Source of the DNA: Octopus sinensis | Taxonomy: Eukaryota | Reading direction: 5' to 3' | DNA: 18,852 nt | Assembly: GCF_006345805.1 (NCBI RefSeq) | Contig: NW_021824429.1 | Span: 1-18,852, forward strand | Part shown: positions 10,270 to 18,852 of the stretch, in pieces | Numbering within the stretch: position 1 is the stretch's first letter | Layout of the letters: every line of letters begins with the position of its first letter | The notes under the pieces: model-generated | Databases searched by the model: none | Told to the model about the DNA's origin: nothing | What the model saw: only the letters and a program-made list of their open reading frames with translations | Program-made: the position numbers and the translations under genes

Positions 10270-11925
10270 ATGCCAATTTAATAGCAAATCTTCTGGTCTT
10301 TTCCAACTTTTTCACAAAAATGCTATTAAGTTTAGTTCATGTACAGAGTTGTACTGCTGATAGACATGGGGCATTGTACAATTCCCAGAACAGAGATACC
10401 TGAATAGATTTAAAAAACTAACCAAAAAAGAATCCCAAATGCAAATATGTCTACTCTCCTGTCGTATTTTCCACTGAGTAATTCAGGGGACATGTGGATA
10501 GGGGTCCCGACGACGGTCCCCGATATCAATGAGACAGGTTTACAGAATCCCATGTCAGTCAATTTTGCATGAAAATTACAATCCAGCAAAAAACTACCAA
10601 AAAAATGTCCAACCATAATATTGCTTAGTTTGATGTCTCTGTGGATGTGTCCCTGTCCGTGGATGAGGCGGATTCCCTCGACCACCTCCAGGGCGATCCC
10701 CATTCTGTGGTGGAATGGCCCAATGAGGGACCTCAGTTGTAGTGGCATTTGTTTTTTAAGGGCATGGCATAAATCCATGTCGTATTTCTTATAAAATGTG
10801 AATTGTAGTCGACATGTCATCCTCGTGCATGACTGTGCCCAACACGAACACCACACGGTCATTTTTGGGTAGAATTCTGTCAGAGGAGTTAGGGAGATTA
10901 ACCTTGCGTAGTTAGAGAGACGTACCCAGAGATACGTCAGAAATGTGTCGATCGTCTGGGGGAACTAAGGTTTTTACAGCACAGGACTCGAATTCTCCAT
11001 TTCTCACAAAAATAGACAACTCCATATTGTCCTCGGCCAAGTTCCCGTGATAGACAACCCCTGCCTGTTTAATAGTGTGCTAATAGTCCACCTCGGATAG
11101 CCTGATCTCGCGTGGAAGTGCTTTTTAGGTGGAGGAGGCTGAGTTTAGGGACTAAAAATTTGTTGATTTTTTTTCAAAATTTGGAATGTTTTTCAGCCTG
11201 TCCGCGATATTGTGATTCCATTTATTGTATTAGAAGATAGGCAACACTCGTAAAACAGCGTAGACAACTATGACTAAGACAAAGATGGACACCGGTCTTG
11301 AATTGCTGATAACTCGTGGGCTAATTTGGCCAGTCTTAGACTCAACAGTGTTCGACGTAGTATTTAATCACACGTTTGATTTTTTGTGGATGTGTCACAT
11401 CTGTCCAATGACACATCGAGACTATCGAATTATCCTCCCAACAGGACTCCACACTTCGGTTGGTTGGAAACTCAGTAATGTTAAAACTTAAAAAAACAAA
11501 AATAGAACAAACTTGTAGGGAGATAAGACTTCGTAAAACTTGTCCCTGATGTTCTGATGATCTGTTTAGTTTATATATTCGTAACTTACATGGTCTAGTA
11601 ATATTGCTAGGAAAACACAATAAACAAAACTCGTCGTTATTATATTTGTACATTTATACTATTTCTTGGTCCTTGCATAAATAAAGATCAAATCCAACCA
11701 CATATGCCAGAAAATCGTCTTGTTTCAATACACATATTACGATTATAAATTCTCCCGGATCAAGGGTAGACTGGTTTCCAGAAAAATGCTAAAAAAACAA
11801 AACACGTGAATATTTCCCACAATAAACGATTTTATGATATTTTTCTTGTTTGGATGAAATGGGAAAAGTCATAAATTTGGTGTCCTTGTGGAGGTTTAGT
11901 TCCCTGTCCATCACTGCTGACAAAA
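10270..11925 (-). pseudogene. DSTYK: Dual serine/threonine and tyrosine protein kinase (RIPK5) pseudogene, 5' part missing
   Basis: ELGRGQYGVVY, CAVKTLVPPDD, IALEVVEGIR..HRDIKL, DMGFCKP..SGTVVGTPIHMSPEL..GKYD..VDIFAFGILFW|YLCSG match DSTYK. Upstream MESQYRGQAEK..VPKL matches the pre-kinase region. Micro-introns at 11065-11091, 10877-10902, 10705-10731 and 10400-10422. In-frame stops at 11222-11224 and 11174-11176; frameshifts at ~11309, ~10997 and ~10791; C-lobe end degenerate. Confidence 0.9.
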
Positions 11926-12020
11926 TATCTATTTAACACTCCAATAATGGAAAGCACAAATAATGGAAAGCTGATTTAGGACGACTTTGATGTGATTCAA
12001 TATCTATTTAACACTCCAAT
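11924..12020. repeat. Local direct repeats at the DSTYK/COG2 junction
   Basis: AATATCTATTTAACACTCCAAT at 11924-11945 and 11999-12020; AATAATGGAAAGC at 11943-11955 and 11959-11971. Confidence 0.9.
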
Positions 12021-13680
12021 CAACCAAAAATTATGTCAAAAACTAGAGCAGCAGCTAGAATCATTAAATTCACAAATTTTTCAAATAACGACAAACAATT
12101 TTCCTTCAATATTATCAATAAAAACAAATTTGGTCAAACAATTTCAAATTAATAAAAATAGTCACAATTGAAGGAAAAAACGGGGCACTTAAACGACCAA
12201 TTTACAAGTATCAAGGAAACTGCACAAGTATATTAATGCTATAATCAGACTATGTTCGATGATGTGGAAATATCCTTCGGAAATATACATTATTGAAACA
12301 ACAACATCAAAAATTGGCTACCATTCGTGTATTGGCTGTTCTAATCGGCAGGTGTTCATCAGAGACTGTCGAGTGGTCGAAAGTGATCTTCAAAGACTGG
12401 GTTCATATTTTTGTCGACTCGAACAAACATTTGTATATTCGAGTGAGAGAATGTCTCTTATCCAATTGTCTGGGTTGTTCCTCCTTTGAACTGCTGCCTT
12501 CCTCTCCTGCTGGCCAGACTCTGCCATTTCTGTCAAATACCGACAAGTTTGTACAAATTTCATATTCGAAGCAACTTACTGTTCACCAGGCACAGTTTGA
12601 GAGGAATATTCGATCTCTGCTCAGTCGCACAGACTTGGGCGGAGTTCTACGCCTGGCCCGCTTGACGGGGAAACAGTCCGTCATGGAGGATGAACTGAGG
12701 ACCTTAACGATTGAAAGACTGTTTGTGGATCATCGTGGAGACTTGTTTGGTCACGTTTTTGGAGTATTGAAGTCCATTTTTGTGCCATTCGAACAAGTCG
12801 TGGAATCTTATGACAGATTTGATTTTCCTGCCAATTCACTCCTGTCTGCTTTTGTGGAGTATTTGTCGTTTCTTAAAACGAGTTTCTCTTTAGAGAAATA
12901 ATATGTCGCTTTTATACAATCAAACGCCTTACTCATCTACAGGTAAATTTGTGCTTTTATTTTTCCGTAGGTGTTAGTCCGTTTCGAAGATATCGAGAGA
13001 TCCCAGGCTACAACACTATTGAGAAAATACTTTAACAGAGACAGACGGTGAAGAAAAGCTGGAAAATGTGCATAATTCTGGTTTTTATAAAAGGATGAAT
13101 AAAAAGATGGGAGTGCATCGATAGAAATATGAATTCAACATTGGAGATAATTTATAATAACTTAAAGGTTCGTATTCAGAAGGACTGTGAAACTAATCCT
13201 TCACTATGTCTGCAAAAATTTAAGCATCTCTACGGAGATTTGTCACTATTGTTAGAAAATTTTTCAACAATTTTGTCAATGTTAATGATAGTGAGGGAAT
13301 AGTGAGAGATGTGCATTTCAAATTCTAAATAAAACCGTAGGTAACCAACTAAATTTTATTTTTAAGAAAACATGTCTTAATAATATTTTTACAATATGTG
13401 TGGTTGAGAGCTATACTTTTGTGAATATAAAAGTCGCCTTCATTTTTAGCTGTTTTTTAATACGTTAAATGTCTTTTGAGATAAAACTACGTAGTGTTGG
13501 TCGTAGTGACGACTATCCTGTTGCAGATATGGTATAGAATGAAGTTCTTGATTTTCTTCGGTCAGTCTGATGCTGTTTTAAATGTCTTCCGTGAAGGATT
13601 TTAGATAAAATTCAAATGCCGCTCAATTGGATATCAGAATTTTTCTATTTAAAATATATTTTTGTAGCGGCTATCTATAG
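11947..13680 (+). pseudogene. COG2: Conserved oligomeric Golgi complex subunit 2 (damaged gene or error-laden copy)
   Basis: DDFDV..LE..IKTNL, GHLNDQFTSIK, LPFL, VLR..GK....E, FDFPANSLLSAFVEYL, VRFE...SQA, LYGDL and DKIQM.L segments align in order with remembered human COG2 (EDFDV..LSTNL, GQLREEVLSLR, YDFLVNSVW, SQASV, DKIRLQL). Introns at 12133-12161, 12228-12248, 12943-12970 and, putatively, 12865-12893. Frameshift at ~12290; the 3' third is not resolvable into an open frame. Confidence 0.75.
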
Positions 13681-13769
13681 ATGGCGGATATGAATAATTT
13701 TACTGTACTTTTACATATTCATTTTAAAACCTTTTTCAAATACATGATAAGAAATCTTCAGCAGTTTTT

Positions 13770-16700
13770 TGGGTGTCGACTTATCGTGAAACAAAAAGTC
13801 TACATTGTCGGCATGTTTCTTTAGTTGTTGACTCAGTCTTTACTAGTTTTCTCAGATTTCTTAGAGCAGTATTAAATTCGAATCCACCCGTTCCTCAGGA
13901 TACTCACAAATATACTCAAATGACCACCAGCACTAAAAAGTCCTCAGTCCACATCACGTTTACCAAATTAACATATCTCAACAGTTTTCCCAACGGAAAC
14001 GACTTTTGTGAGTCTAATAAATCAACCGACACCCAATCATACACTCCCTCGTCCTTTCCTCCAAGCACACGGCCGTCGTGGAGGCAATCCATAGCCTTCC
14101 TCGGTGGGGTGTATACACGACTGATTCCGCGAACCTAATCAATAAGAAATCGCAGTAAAATATACTTTATGATCCTCCCAATTAGCAGGGAGGCCACTGG
14201 CTGGTCGACGGGGAGACACATCCTGGGGTCCCCCTTCCCGCCAAGTCCATTCAAATCACCCTCATTTCCACCCACTTTTCCAGAAGGGGGACTCACACTG
14301 TCGTTCACATTGGTGGACTGGCCTATTTTGGTAGCCTCTGATGTGAGATAAGCCATCTGCTCCAGTCGGACTTGATCAGTCACATCTTCGACTGAATTGG
14401 GTTGGAGTGAGACGTGGAATTTGTCTGATTTTAGACATTGGTCAATTCGGTCCTTCAACTGGTCAATTTCCCTCCTCTCCGACGAATCAGTCCAGTGATT
14501 GACAGAGAAGTAGTCCATTTGGTCGTCGATAACACCAGTTCGTAGTTGACTGCACACTAACATTACTTATTTTGTCGCGTCCCATGGTGGTTACGCATCC
14601 CATGCTGGCTACATGTCACCTGTCAATCAATCATTTTTACGAGGTCATTGGCTGTCAGATGTCATAATTAATGTGGTTTAATCATTCGTTACTCGTGTGG
14701 GCATATTTAATATTTTTAGCGTTATTATTAGGGCAATTTTTTTCAGGCACTTAAAATTTATTTTTAGGACCTTAAAAATAGGCATTTTAGGACTTTATTT
14801 TTAATTTTTAGGACTTTATTCTACATTTTTAGGCACATTTTAATAAGGTATTAAATCAAAAAGTCGTAAAAAATTATTTGTTATAGTAAGGTATTAAATA
14901 ATTTTTGACATTTTCCGCATTGAAACCTCTATCTTTAGTAATTAATTTTTTAAGCATAGAAAATGCTCTTTCAACGGTTGATGATGTACACTGACATTTT
15001 CTTATTAGTCCATATTCTTCAGGGGAGATATTACTTTTCTCCATTTCTATAATTGATTCTATGTCATTTTTGTGTAATCTTTTTTGTATGTATTCATTTA
15101 TTTCTGCATTATCAGACGGAAATTTTAACAAACAAAGATCTGAATGTGCATCATTTATTGTATAACTTGTGGATTCCATTTTTTTCAATATTTGATTAAG
15201 TATCTGATAATTTTCATTTATTTCCATTAGACTTTTTCTTAAGGTTGGCGATTCAATTGCTTGTTTTACTTTTTTAACTAATATTCCGTCGTCTTTGAAA
15301 TTCTCCACAATTTCAGCAATTGATACAAAATTATTTGCATAATAGTATGCTGCTTGCAGCCAACTACCCCATCTAGTTATGATGACGTCGGGCGGATAAC
15401 CAATTGTAGAAAACATTTTTTTTCTAGTTTTGTTTTTCACTATTGATGTCTTTATAGTCGCAATAAGATTATCAACGTCCGAATAATACGCCTTTACTCT
15501 GAGACAGCAATTATGTAACAAATGTGCAACACATGTTACATGGAACATCCTAGGATAAAGCATTTTCAATGTTTTTCCGGCTAAAAATAATTCAACAAAC
15601 TACCCAAAATCATATACGGGGCTGCATCAGAAAGAAAAAGAAGAAAATTATTGCGTATAATCTCGAATTTTTTAATCTCTTCATCGATAATCTGAAGAAT
15701 TGTGTTAGCAGTTACAGATTCATATAAAGGTTCACACGAAATTAAATAGGTCTTCTCTGGATAAGCGATATTCCCAATGAGAACAACTACAAACTTCTGT
15801 CCATTTACGTCACCCTCGTCAACAACCATAAAAATCTTTTGAGATCTAAAAATTAATCATTTGTTAACCTTAGATCACTTTTATACTTGGATAATTTTTG
15901 TTCACTGATTGCAGGAATACAATTGCGACAGGCTGACTGGGAAGGAAGCGAAATATTCAATTTTTCAAACAATCCCTTTAAGCTTGGATTATTGAGCTTA
16001 TGAAGAGGAATGTTTGCTTCAGAAAAGGCTTTGGCAACTTCCATCGGCATACTCTGAAAGTCTTCCGTTTCGGTTTGACCGTTGAATAGGGAATCTAAGG
16101 ATTGTTGGAATCCTTCATTGTTATCTAAAAAAAATAATTTTAAATTACTCAAAAGCTTTAGATGTTTTGTAGATTGTCTATGCTGATCAATATAATATTT
16201 TTTGATGCATTGACGTAGATCATACATATTTTACAATATAGACTGCCTTTAATCACTGTGAATTCTTTTACGTAAGTTTCATAGGCTTTTAGAGCTTTAG
16301 ACTTTATTGTAGAACGTACACGTGGCATTTGAACACAAAAAAGTAATTTATAGCGTGCCTAATTTGTTATTTTTAAAATATTTTTTTGTAACATTTAAAA
16401 ATAATTTATTTTAAAAATTTTTAAGACCTTAAAAAAATTTTTAGGACCTTAAAAAAATTTTTAGGACCTTAAAAAAATTTTTTAGGACCTTAACAATTTT
16501 TTAAGCATTTAAGGCATTTATAACTCGTTGTAGATAAATCTATTTTAATTAAATTATAGCTTAAATTAATTATTTAAATAAATAGACCTTTTGGTGCAAA
16601 AAGGCATTTTAGGCAAAAAATTGCCCTAGTTATTATTCAATTTTCAACATGTCCTCTTTAAATGATCCCCTGTATATGTAATAATAGTTTTGTAAAAATA

Positions 16701-18635
16701 TCTCAGAATATCATACCTTAGTCAATATTTTAAATGGCCAACCTGTACAGACATCTTCAAGACAAATAAAATATAATTAACTAAAAAATCCACTAAATTT
16801 ATTGTCATTGATGACTGCTTATACCTCAAAGACGAAAGATTTCAAAAGCACAAACTAGTTATTTGCATGGATAATGAGAGTGAGATGCAAACTATTGCAG
16901 ATTCTATTCACCGGAATAGCCATTCTGGAATTCGTAAACTGCAACAGGAATGTTTACACTCCTATTTTACAATAAAGCGTAAAATTATCGAACGAGTCGT
17001 CAAAGAGTGCTCAATATGCAAGTTTTCCATTCCACTTAAAGTATAAAATAAAAACTTATATAGCAGGTTTCAGATTCTAAGTACCATGTGATTGCCAAAA
17101 GACCAAATGAACGATTCCAAGCAGACCTTATAGACGTTAAAAAATTTAACGATTCGAACGATGGCTACAAATGGATATTTACCGTCATTGATGTTTACAG
17201 TAAGTATGCCATTTGTAAAGGAGTTAAAAATAAATCTGCAATAAGTATATTATGTTTTATATTGGAATTTAGATATTTGTGAGGCTTTCGAAGAATTTGT
17301 TCAGAAATCGGCTTTTGCGAGATTCTACAAACAGATAATGGAACTGAGTTTAGGAATAAATATCTCGATTCTTTTTGCACGAAAAACAAAATCCAACATA
17401 TTTACGGAAGACCAAATCATCCTCAATCACAAGTAATGACACAATATTTATCTGTTTCAGGGTATCGTGGAAAGATTTAATCAAACTTTAACACGAAATC
17501 TTTCAAAGCTGATGAGTGAAGAATCAACTAAAAACTGGATCCAATTATTAACGAAGCACTTTTACATATAACACGACTATTCATTCTTCTATAAATGAAA
17601 CACCATTTAAAAAACTAAGAGGAGTTTCTGGTATACACCGTCATTCATGATGATAAGTTTTTTTAATTTTTTAATTTCAAAGAAAGTGAGTGTTCGGATG
17701 ATTTTTATCATGTATCATCAGAGGATATGGATGCAGAAAATATTTTAGATGTTTCAGGTAAATTTTGAATAACATATGCTAGACAACTTGGATGCTAGTG
17801 ATTTTATATTGAATTTTTCTCCACCTAATTTAAATTCACCATATTTTAAACGCATGAATAAAAAAAATGAATGTTCATTAATCGAAATACGATTTTTCAA
17901 TTAGGAGCGGAGTATTTTTAGTGAATAATTGTTAGGTTAGAGTTCTAAAGGATTTTGGGACAAATCCTTCCCTAAGGCTAAACCGATTTGAATCCCCATA
18001 TGGAGAACCTGCTGAAGTTGTTCAAATTTTGTCAAACAATCGACTAGAGGTCTATTTTATTATTATTTTATTTAACAGATTAAAACAAGTTCAGGGAAGT
18101 CTAAAATAGTTAATATGAATCAAGTTAAAAAAACGTAGACGCTTTATTTTAATAAATTTTTATTGTTGAAACGATTATTGATTAGAAATCAATGCAATTA
18201 AATTAATTATTAAATTTGACAGTCACCATGACAGGCATTATTATTTATTGACAGGTGACATGTAACCACCATGGGATGGGTAGCTCGTGTGGACGCGACA
18301 TATTTACCACTTTATGTCAAAATCTAACAATCTGTTTTTATTATCCAAGGCCTGTTGTAGGGTGGGGTCGGGCTGGTGGGACACATCATCCGCGTAATGA
18401 CGACAGTTCTTACTCCTGACCTACCAATGAGGATGAGGACGACCATATCCCCACAGAACAAGCAGGGACCGGCTCCTTTTTGAAGGCAGACCACTCGCCC
18501 ACAGGAAAGACAGTTGTTGACCAATCCGTGAATGGTCGACTGGCAGGCACACTCCACTCGCCTTCCTGGCACTACATCTCCACTCCCCAAACCCTTTGAT
18601 TTGTCGAAAATAACGTCCCTGACTTCCTTGCCCCA
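13770..18635 (-). CDS. TRIP4: Activating signal cointegrator 1 (C2HC5 zinc finger + ASCH domain); 5' end missing or outside the window
   Basis: CACQSTIHGLVNNCLSCGRVVC..GAGPCLFCG, KNRLLDFDIK|CQLRTGVIDDQMDYF, CLPVDQPVASLL and YTPHRGRLWIA motifs. The frame is open across introns 18421-18443 (23 nt), 14550-18307 (TE-expanded), 14135-14165 (31 nt) and 14014-14042 (29 nt). The 3' end below ~13920 and overall functionality are uncertain. Confidence 0.85.
14874..16328 (-). CDS. hAT transposase, 461 aa if one A-run deletion is corrected
   Basis: zf-BED-like CKIC..H...KH; VVDE, LSDAAPYM, CVAHLLH, TRWGSW and VERAFS motifs. Three GT-AG introns (16125-16148, 15846-15868, 15581-15603) join the ORFs in frame. 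The only lesion seen is a 1-nt frameshift at ~16200. Confidence 0.85.
16421..16501. repeat. Subterminal tandem repeat of the hAT element, 4 x ~20 bp (TTAGGACCTTAAAAAAATTT)
   Basis: Directly visible head-to-tail units. The same core motif occurs at the other end (~14762-14835). Confidence 0.9.
16650..18150 (+). pseudogene. Ginger C integrase (H2C2 + rve DDE + C-terminal domain)
   Basis: H..SHSG..C..C zinc finger; ERFQADLID, ILQTDNGTEF and GRPNHPQSQ|GIVERFNQTL; C-terminal FESPYGEPAEV. Introns at 17041-17065, 17245-17272 and 17433-17460. Several stops and frameshifts. End coordinate approximate. Confidence 0.87.
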
Positions 18636-18852
18636 TAAAGACCTTCGGGAAGTTATGAGATAATAAACGGCTCAAGGGGTCTAATACAGGGACAAATATC
18701 ATGGGAACAATCTATCCCCCTGCAGGATTCCTCTCTCGATGCGTATATCTCGAATGTACTTGCCATTTAGCCTTAGTTTTACTCTCCATCTGGTAACCAT
18801 CGACTCAACAAACTTGACAATCCATCCAGGTAGACAAGACTTTTCCAAAATC
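18630..18852 (-). mobile_element. Reverse transcriptase fragment of an R4/Dong-like non-LTR retrotransposon (runs off the window)
   Basis: WIVKFVESMVTRWRVKL..IRIERGILQGDRLFP / MIFVPVLDPLSRLL corresponds to the RT domain 4 motif RGI.QGD.LSP..F...LDPLS. One frameshift. It stops before YxDD and abuts TRIP4. Confidence 0.8.

Larger units (their letters stand above)
14729..16628 (-). mobile_element. hAT transposon of the hAT19/CGGBP-related type, nested in Ginger C
   Basis: TAGGGCAATTTTTT TIRs. Perfect 8-bp TSD GTTATTAT (14721-14728, 16629-16636). Subterminal TTTTAGGAC/TTTTAGGCA repeats. Confidence 0.9.
14573..18300 (+). mobile_element. Ginger/TDD-type DNA transposon C, inserted in a TRIP4 intron
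   Basis: Imperfect ~58-bp TIRs TGTCGCGTCC..CCCATGGTGGTTAC..ATGTCACCTGTCAAT. TGT..ACA ends. Perfect 5-bp TSD TATTT (14568-14572, 18301-18305). Confidence 0.93.

Noticed and set aside
11174-11224. Stop-codon reassignment (TGA=Trp, TAA=Gln), since two DSTYK stops align with W and Q
   Set aside because: Long ORFs in COG2, TRIP4 and the transposases use TGG/CAA/CAG with no in-frame stops and end at normal stops. Single transitions explain both sites.
10791-11309. Programmed +1 frameshifting or dinucleotide-insertion editing in DSTYK
   Set aside because: There is no common shift motif, the gene also has nonsense codons and a degenerate 3' end, and TRIP4 shows no such sites.
12293-12901. RIF1 or listerin (LTN1) HEAT-repeat assignment for this ORF
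   Set aside because: Short local resemblances exist, but flanking exons give a colinear, much better COG2 match (DFDV, TNL, DF..NS, SQA, DKI).
13773-14351. Plus-strand ORFs 13773-14138 and 14169-14351, and similar antisense ORFs (4833-5294, 8400-8648, 11270-11491)
   Set aside because: They are shadows of TRIP4, Buster, CRE and DSTYK coding sequence on the opposite strand.
16421-16501. CRISPR-like array
   Set aside because: There are no spacers; these are head-to-tail subterminal repeats of a eukaryotic hAT element.
5450-18150. LTR retrotransposon or Polinton origin of the integrases
   Set aside because: No LTRs, gag/RT/RNase H or polB/ATPase are present; the integrases are bounded by inverted TGT..ACA repeats with 5-bp TSDs.

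Overview
AT-rich eukaryotic (animal) nuclear DNA, not prokaryotic. The metazoan kinase DSTYK together with GT-AG spliceosomal micro-introns of 21-31 nt points to a genome-reduced animal such as a myxozoan or dicyemid (inference). About three quarters of the window is nested transposons. Ends and target-site duplications (TSDs) could be read by eye for three TGT..ACA Ginger/TDD-type integrase elements (a fourth has one end only), two hAT elements (Buster-type and hAT19/CGGBP-type), a Tigger/pogo, a Merlin, and RTE and CRE retroelements; an R4-like RT fragment runs off the right edge. Between them is a compact host-gene block: a possible mucolipin fragment, DSTYK (broken), COG2 (damaged or error-laden) and TRIP4/ASC-1. 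Most notable: (i) a 3.7-kb Ginger carrying a near-intact hAT sits inside a 25-nt TRIP4 intron, and its TIR supplies a cryptic acceptor 24 nt from the donor; (ii) micro-introns occur inside DNA transposases at family-specific positions; (iii) most of the small frameshifts I could interpret are 1-nt deletions in homopolymers, so some apparent pseudogenisation may be assembly error. All protein assignments rest on remembered motifs, not database searches.
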